Source of the DNA: Bacteroidia bacterium | GTDB taxonomy: Bacteria > Bacteroidota > Bacteroidia > NS11-12g > UBA9320 | DNA length: 64,000 bases | NCBI GenBank assembly: GCA_020053795.1 | Contig: JAGVMN010000007.1 | Location: 31,248-95,247 of the forward strand | Reading direction: 5' to 3' | Shown here: piece after piece, positions 58,571 to 64,000 of the stretch | How the letters are laid out: each line of letters begins with the position of its first letter | How positions within the stretch are numbered: the first letter of the stretch is position 1 | Position numbers and translations under genes: made by a program | Notes under the pieces: model-generated | What the model saw: only the letters and a program-made list of their open reading frames with translations | Database searches by the model: none | Told to the model about the DNA's origin: nothing

Positions 58571-59176
58571 ATGCACATAAGGATTGGAATTACAGGTGGA
58601 ATTGGGGTTGGAAAGAGTACAGTATGCTCTATTTTCAGGCAATTGGGGGTGCCAATTTACTATGCCGATGTGCGAGCCAAATTGCTGATGAATGAAGACA
58701 CTGATCTTAAGAAAAAAATTAAACAGGCATTTGGGTGGGATACTTATGACAAGCAAGAGAATCTCAACAGGTCATACCTGTCAAAAATTGTTTTCAATGA
58801 CCCTGCTCAACTCAACCTGCTAAATTCTATTGTTCACCCGGCGGTTTTTGATGATTACCACAATTGGGTTGATGCAAAGGCCAAAGCCGGACACGCTTAT
58901 TCAATAAAAGAGGCAGCCCTGATGTTTGAAACTGACAGCCACAAAGACATGAATAAAATAATAGTGGTTACCGCACCAATCAATGATCGGTTGGAACGCA
59001 TCATGAGACGCGATCATATAAAAAAAGATGATGTGCTTAAACGCATTGAAAGCCAGTTGTCCGACAAAGAACGATTAGAAAGGGCTGACTTTGTGATACG
59101 GAATGCAGGAAAGGATTCGGTTATTTTGCAAAGTCTGGAAATACATAAAAAAATTGTAGCTTTGACTGTCGCATAA
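58571..59176 (+). CDS. coaE: dephospho-CoA kinase
   Basis: P-loop GITGGIGVGKST. Size is about 200 aa. Confidence 0.85.
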   Translation: MHIRIGITGGIGVGKSTVCSIFRQLGVPIYYADVRAKLLMNEDTDLKKKIKQAFGWDTYDKQENLNRSYLSKIVFNDPAQLNLLNSIVHPAVFDDYHNWVDAKAKAGHAYSIKEAALMFETDSHKDMNKIIVVTAPINDRLERIMRRDHIKKDDVLKRIESQLSDKERLERADFVIRNAGKDSVILQSLEIHKKIVALTVA

Positions 59177-59177
59177 T

Positions 59178-59693
59178 GTGAATACGCCTTTGGAACAGAA
59201 AACACCCATATTAAACCATCAGGAAGTGATTCATAAAATCACTCGAATGGCCTGGCAGATTTACGAACATTACAGCCATGAAAGCGAATTGGCGGTTGGT
59301 GGCATACAAGGCAGGGGTTTGACTTTGTCCAATTTGTTGGCCGAAGAATTAATAAAAATATCCGAATTGAAGATCATGCGGTTTGAGATTTTACTGGATA
59401 AGAACAACAAGCTTCCAGGATCAGCTAAGTTGGTTTCAACGGTGTCTTTACAGAACAAACATCTGGTTTTGGTAGATGATGTTTTAAACAGCGGAAAAAC
59501 CTTTTTCATGGCATTGTTGGCTATGGCACAATTGGGTCCTGCAAGCATTAAGACTGTAGTGCTGGCCGACAGAAATCACAAGCGTTTTCCTGTTTCAGCC
59601 GATATTGTAGGCATTTCACTATCTACCACCCTGCAGGAACACATCTCGTTCAACATAAAAGAAAATGGGGAGATGTCAGTTTGGTTGAGCTAG
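59178..59693 (+). CDS. pyrR: PyrR-type phosphoribosyltransferase (pyrimidine operon regulator / uracil PRTase)
   Basis: LVLVDDVLNSGKT PRPP motif and VLADRNHKRFPVSADIVG. Size is 171 aa. Confidence 0.7.
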   Translation: MNTPLEQKTPILNHQEVIHKITRMAWQIYEHYSHESELAVGGIQGRGLTLSNLLAEELIKISELKIMRFEILLDKNNKLPGSAKLVSTVSLQNKHLVLVDDVLNSGKTFFMALLAMAQLGPASIKTVVLADRNHKRFPVSADIVGISLSTTLQEHISFNIKENGEMSVWLS

Positions 59694-59906
59694 TTTCTTA
59701 AACATAGTTCTTCGCACTTTGTGGCAGAAAATAAATTGAATGGTATTAGTCGCTGTTTCCATTTGTTACTACTTTTTTTGTGATCAAGGGTAATAACATC
59801 CTTACCAAATGAAGATACCCATCAAAAGTCAAACTAACGCCTTTTGAATCTCTTATGACTTGGAAATAAATAGTATAAGACTCTTACAAGTCAGAATAAT
59901 AGTTGG

Positions 59907-62900
59907 CTAACGCAGAAGATTTATTACACCACCGTATTTGTATTCAATACCGGTTTTACTCACTACATTTATCTGATAAACATAAATACCCGGTAAGCAG
60001 ATTTCGCCGTTGGCAGTTCCATCCCATTCTTCATTGATATCTCTACTGCTATAAACGATCTCACCCCAACGATTTACGACTGTAATTTGGAATTTGCTTA
60101 TGTTACTGCCAATTATTTTGTAAGAATTATTGGCAAAAGGTCCTTTCTTATCCGGGCTGAATGCATTCGGAATATGTATGGTCAAATCCGAACCGATCGT
60201 CAGCCATTTTGAAAACTTGTCAGAACAATTAAATTCATTAGTTGCTGATAATGTAACCATGAAATTTCCGGTATCTCCGGGATAAGTGAAAATAGGAGCG
60301 ACTTCTCTCGAAACACCTGAACTTAGGTTGGAACCAAAATCCCAGTAATATGACTTTGCCCCAATAGACTTATTGATAAAATGAAAAGTTGGATTTTTCA
60401 TTGAAACAAATTCGTCCGGCATTGTCTCAAATAATGCAGATGGTATTGGATGCACTTTAACTATTTTGGGAAATTCATAAAAGAAGGTACATCCTTCAAT
60501 GGTTCCTATACTTAATTCTGGCGAAAAGTTCCCTTCAATCTCGTAAAGATGTTTTGGATGAGACATGCCGGAAACGTTTAACAAACCACTCAAAGAATCA
60601 CCAAAATTCCATCGATAACTTGAAATCCTTCCATTGGAGGGGTCCGCATTATGGCTAAAATATGCCCTAAAAGGTTTACACCCAACCAATGGAGATTCAA
60701 ATTCGAACTTTGGCTTTTGATGAATTTTTATCCGGTATTCTCGGTTAAACTCATAGCACAGATGCTCTGCCGGAACATTGGCTTTCAATATTACCCCCCT
60801 ATTCATTATTTCTGAGGCAGACGGTTTGTAAAATATTATTTTATTAAGAGCAGAATCTGTTTCAATACTGCCCGAACCAAAACTTACATAACCATTATGC
60901 GATTTAGAAACCAACCCTGACAAATCAATTTTATCCCCTTCACAAATCTGATCCACCAAATAATTAAATCCTGTGAAAGGACTGTCAATAACAGTTACTG
61001 TAAAACTTTTAGACTTGAAACACGCAGAACTTTTAATTTCATAATTAAGATCAAATTGGCCTTTCAATCCTTTGGGATTAAATTGTTTTCCTGAAACCCC
61101 AAGCCCGACCCACACGCCGTCAGTTGGTTCGGCTTTTAAGATGATTGGATCGTAATTTTCACAAATGGTGTCAAACTTTGTAATGAAAGTGATTTCGGGA
61201 ATACAATCGACAAAGAAATTCGCTGATTTTTTGTCATAACAGGAAAAATTGTCGTAAGTGTAGGAAAGGTCTATTTTACCACAAGCTTTTGATGAGAGTT
61301 GATTATTCAGAATCCATTGAGGCTCGTTTGAACAATACCATCCCCCGCCTTTAGGATTCACTTTTAATAATTCATTCAAATTAAGTTCGGTTCCACCACA
61401 GAAAATCACCGAAGTATCAAACGAAATCTCAACCTCATCCATAATTGTCAAATATGCCGAATCCCTCAAAATACATCCATTTGATAAAGAATTGGTCATA
61501 AATATTTTGTAAACCCCATTGGATAATAATGAGGTATTAAGGTTAAAGCGGCCAACGCCTGGATCGTATAAGGGTAAAACGCCAGTACTTTCGACATTCC
61601 AGCTAATATTTCTTGCTGCCAATGCACCTGGTTTTTCAATTATATTGTCAAGCCAAAATACACCCGCACCTTTGCATACAACTGCATCTTTGGCCACTAA
61701 CTCAGGCATTGCTTTGGCAGTTAGGCATCTGTTAATTGCTGACGTACATCCAGTGACATTATCCTCAAATGAATACTTAAAGCACAAAATCTGATTTATA
61801 TTCCTTATTAGCTTTGACTGGTCTATCATGTCCGATTCGGAAATAACATCTGCATTGTTTGACGTCCAAATACCACCGGTGGGTTCTATCTGAAACATCT
61901 TGTTTAGTCCATCTGATAATTGACAAAACTCAGGATCGGTGATTCCGCTTAACTTCGGTTTTGGGTTGATCAGAACATTAATCAAAATGGAATCAATGCA
62001 ATTCAGGCCTTCCTTGATTCCGCCTACGAATAAAGTAAAAAGTCCGGAATGAACGATTAAATCAGATTTAACTTTTAGCTCATTTTTGTCAGAGATAATT
62101 GTACCATCCTTCTTCCATGCGAATGAACTCAACTCATAACCATTGTTAATGCCTGATGAAAGCATCAACGTATCACCCTCACAAATAGCTGTTTTGCCCA
62201 ATACGCTGATTTCAAACGCCTTGAAATCTGAATAATTGAGAGTGATAGAATCAATAAACTCCCGAAAACAATTTAACGAATTCGTTACGCGAAGGGATAT
62301 ATAATATTTTCCAATACCGTTCAATCGGAACATTGGTCTTTCATCTTTTGAAGTTTCGTTATATGTATTTTCCGAATATTTTATTACCGTCCAAACATGT
62401 TCTTTGATATCATTTTGCTTTAAAACATTCTCTAAGGTTATCCATCCGCAGTCCTTTTTTACAATATTAATTTTGGCCTTGGGTGCAGGTTTCACATAAA
62501 TTTCAAAACTTCTGGAAGTAATGGCGTTTAATGGGCAATTGCCATCATTGGCAAAAACCGTAAACCGATAAGGCAGTTGTTTAGCTTCTCCCAACTTTGG
62601 TGTCCAGGAAAACTTAGCCTTAAAATTCGAATCATTGAATCTTGGCACAACAGAGAATTTTGCATCGGAAATATTCTCACTCCATGTAATCTTTAATGAA
62701 TCGTGTGTTGCAAAAGTACTGTCCAAAAACTGATAAGGGATATCCTTGACATCAATTTCAAATTGCAATTCTTCGCCCTCGCATGCTGTCATTTTCGAAT
62801 TGCTTATGGAAATCACCGGTGAATTATTCTGACCAAAATTATTTACAATATATTGCAAATCTCGCCTGACAATTCCCATGATTTCATAGGTGCCTTTAAT

Positions 62901-63755
62901 CTTTCGCCATTTAGTTACCTGAAGAACAAGTACAGCATTTTGACCGCATTTCACGGGTGTAAAAACTAAATCGCCATTTGTTGGGTTCAGAAAAATACCC
63001 TGTGGTGGATTTGAAGTCTGGTCTGGGGTACAATCTCCAACGCAATAGACGTTCAAAGGTTTCTTTCCGCTAAAGCCAGACTTGTAACTTACGGATTTGT
63101 TATAATCTGCCAATGCTGAGACTAACTCGTATGACAACGAATCTCCGTCGGGGTCCAAAGCCGACAAATTATAATAGAGTGGTTGCTGACAAAACAAAAT
63201 AGGTTGTGAAGTATTGGTCAAGATTGGAGAGCTATTTGTTTCCCAGGGATTTATTCGTGCGTAATTATAAAATGTCTGATCGCTATTTATGGTAGAAATT
63301 TCATTTGTACGCCATGAGATATTTGTGTAGAAATCAAAACTACAACCTTTATAGGATGTGTAATTTGAAAAATCGGCTTCTCCTTCAAAAACATGGGCCT
63401 CTACACCATAAGGCAAAGTGCCGCCTTTTGCACATTTAGTGGTAAAACCATTGCAAACAGTCAATATTTCTTTGATTGAAACTCTGGATAATGAGATTTT
63501 TTCAAGATCAACCCTTCCACAACTGGAATTGGGTGAAGTTGCCAGTATCAAACTGAAAGTACCGCAATCACTTGTGCTATCCCCTCCACCAGCACCCATG
63601 AGTTTACACCCGTTGCAATCTCTGAAGATAGTAACAATTACTTTGTATTTTAAACTTTGAATATGCTTATAAGTTATCTCCCCACCCATAATGTGAGATG
63701 CCCGAATTAAATTCGGGCATACAAACAGAAATAATATCAGTAAAATTTTCTTCAA
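59907..63755 (-). CDS. large secreted cell-surface protein with PKD-like repeats and a T9SS type-B (gliding-motility CHU_C) C-terminal sorting domain
   Basis: Signal peptide MKKILLILFLFVCPNLIRAS. An internal PKD-like motif (YRWNFGDSLSG). The C-terminus has NAFSPDKKG...VVNRWGEIVYSS...WDGTANGEICLPGIYVYQI. Confidence 0.8.
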   Translation of the reverse strand: MKKILLILFLFVCPNLIRASHIMGGEITYKHIQSLKYKVIVTIFRDCNGCKLMGAGGGDSTSDCGTFSLILATSPNSSCGRVDLEKISLSRVSIKEILTVCNGFTTKCAKGGTLPYGVEAHVFEGEADFSNYTSYKGCSFDFYTNISWRTNEISTINSDQTFYNYARINPWETNSSPILTNTSQPILFCQQPLYYNLSALDPDGDSLSYELVSALADYNKSVSYKSGFSGKKPLNVYCVGDCTPDQTSNPPQGIFLNPTNGDLVFTPVKCGQNAVLVLQVTKWRKIKGTYEIMGIVRRDLQYIVNNFGQNNSPVISISNSKMTACEGEELQFEIDVKDIPYQFLDSTFATHDSLKITWSENISDAKFSVVPRFNDSNFKAKFSWTPKLGEAKQLPYRFTVFANDGNCPLNAITSRSFEIYVKPAPKAKINIVKKDCGWITLENVLKQNDIKEHVWTVIKYSENTYNETSKDERPMFRLNGIGKYYISLRVTNSLNCFREFIDSITLNYSDFKAFEISVLGKTAICEGDTLMLSSGINNGYELSSFAWKKDGTIISDKNELKVKSDLIVHSGLFTLFVGGIKEGLNCIDSILINVLINPKPKLSGITDPEFCQLSDGLNKMFQIEPTGGIWTSNNADVISESDMIDQSKLIRNINQILCFKYSFEDNVTGCTSAINRCLTAKAMPELVAKDAVVCKGAGVFWLDNIIEKPGALAARNISWNVESTGVLPLYDPGVGRFNLNTSLLSNGVYKIFMTNSLSNGCILRDSAYLTIMDEVEISFDTSVIFCGGTELNLNELLKVNPKGGGWYCSNEPQWILNNQLSSKACGKIDLSYTYDNFSCYDKKSANFFVDCIPEITFITKFDTICENYDPIILKAEPTDGVWVGLGVSGKQFNPKGLKGQFDLNYEIKSSACFKSKSFTVTVIDSPFTGFNYLVDQICEGDKIDLSGLVSKSHNGYVSFGSGSIETDSALNKIIFYKPSASEIMNRGVILKANVPAEHLCYEFNREYRIKIHQKPKFEFESPLVGCKPFRAYFSHNADPSNGRISSYRWNFGDSLSGLLNVSGMSHPKHLYEIEGNFSPELSIGTIEGCTFFYEFPKIVKVHPIPSALFETMPDEFVSMKNPTFHFINKSIGAKSYYWDFGSNLSSGVSREVAPIFTYPGDTGNFMVTLSATNEFNCSDKFSKWLTIGSDLTIHIPNAFSPDKKGPFANNSYKIIGSNISKFQITVVNRWGEIVYSSRDINEEWDGTANGEICLPGIYVYQINVVSKTGIEYKYGGVINLLR

Positions 63756-63790
63756 TTTATTTTGCCTTTAAATCACAACACATTTTCATT

Positions 63791-63830
63791 AAACCGCAGA
63801 TATCAATGAAGTTATCTGCGGTTTTGGTTT
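63791..63830. terminator. bidirectional hairpin terminator between two convergent-end T9SS genes
   Basis: ACCGCAGATA-tcaatgaagt-TATCTGCGGT forms a perfect 10-bp stem, flanked by TTTTGGTTT on the plus strand and by an A/T-rich stretch on the minus strand. Confidence 0.6.
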
Positions 63831-63846
63831 ATTGATTTAAATTTAC

Positions 63847-64000
63847 CTCAACAGGGTCACCGTTCCATCGTATTTGTAAACCTTGTTGTCCATACTGGTA
63901 ACAATCACATGGTAGGCATATACATCCTGTTGGCAGATAACTCCTTTGTAGGTTCCATTCCAACCTATTCTAATATCATCGCTCTCGAACAATATCTCTC
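63847..64000 (-). CDS. C-terminal end of a second T9SS type-B sorting-domain protein, running off the right window edge
   Basis: Reverse translation ends ...IRIGWNGTYKGVICQQDVYAYHVIVTSMDNKVYKYDGTVTLLR*. This is a canonical CHU_C / T9SS type-B C-terminus. Confidence 0.65.

Noticed and set aside
59850-59900. TTATGACTTG...CAAGTCAGAA inverted repeat downstream of the large T9SS gene considered as a terminator
   Set aside because: The stem is imperfect and has no flanking T-run. It may still contribute to termination, but the evidence is too weak to list as a feature.

Overview
The window is a Bacteroidetes-type chromosomal segment. This is indicated by a T9SS type-B sorting-domain adhesin, a long-form NusB next to DUF1573, yajC, coaE and pyrR, a TAnnTTTG-like -7 motif, and many 4-nt start/stop overlaps. 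About two thirds of the window (3800..44364, all on the minus strand) is one very large polysaccharide locus of the O-antigen/capsule type with ABC-transporter-dependent export. It holds about 16 glycosyltransferases (GT4, GT2, an exostosin-like GT and a GT-C-like membrane GT), three DegT-family sugar aminotransferases, WbpA/WbpB/WbpD/WbpE-like enzymes, and Wzm/Wzt with a C-terminal glycan-binding extension. It also holds a GT4-methyltransferase fusion, an ArnC/GtrB-like plus GT-C pair, an ATP-grasp/HAD fusion, and an ACP / acyl-AMP ligase / SDR / GNAT N-acylation module. Three stress- or defense-type elements sit inside the locus. The first is a HepT/MntA toxin-antitoxin pair. The second is an HTH-nucleotidyltransferase fusion. 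The third is an unusual translationally coupled pair: a PIN-GNAT multidomain protein followed by an ASCH (PUA-like) protein, wedged between the partners of the acylation module. To the left of the locus is a sulfur-handling cluster (Crp, DUF302, DUF2892, methyltransferase, MBL-fold/rhodanese). To the right are membrane proteins, a four-helix-bundle gene fragment, a secreted thermonuclease and a decayed YhcG-type PD-(D/E)xK nuclease. Further right are housekeeping genes (iscS-like, agmatinase-like, efp, folE, queD-like, ECF sigma, nusB, yajC, coaE, pyrR) interspersed with IS1595- and ISAs1-family transposase remnants. The window ends with a 1282-aa T9SS surface protein plus a partial second T9SS substrate. 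No rRNA, tRNA or CRISPR was identified. All calls rest on motif-level reading of the supplied translations. No database search was run.
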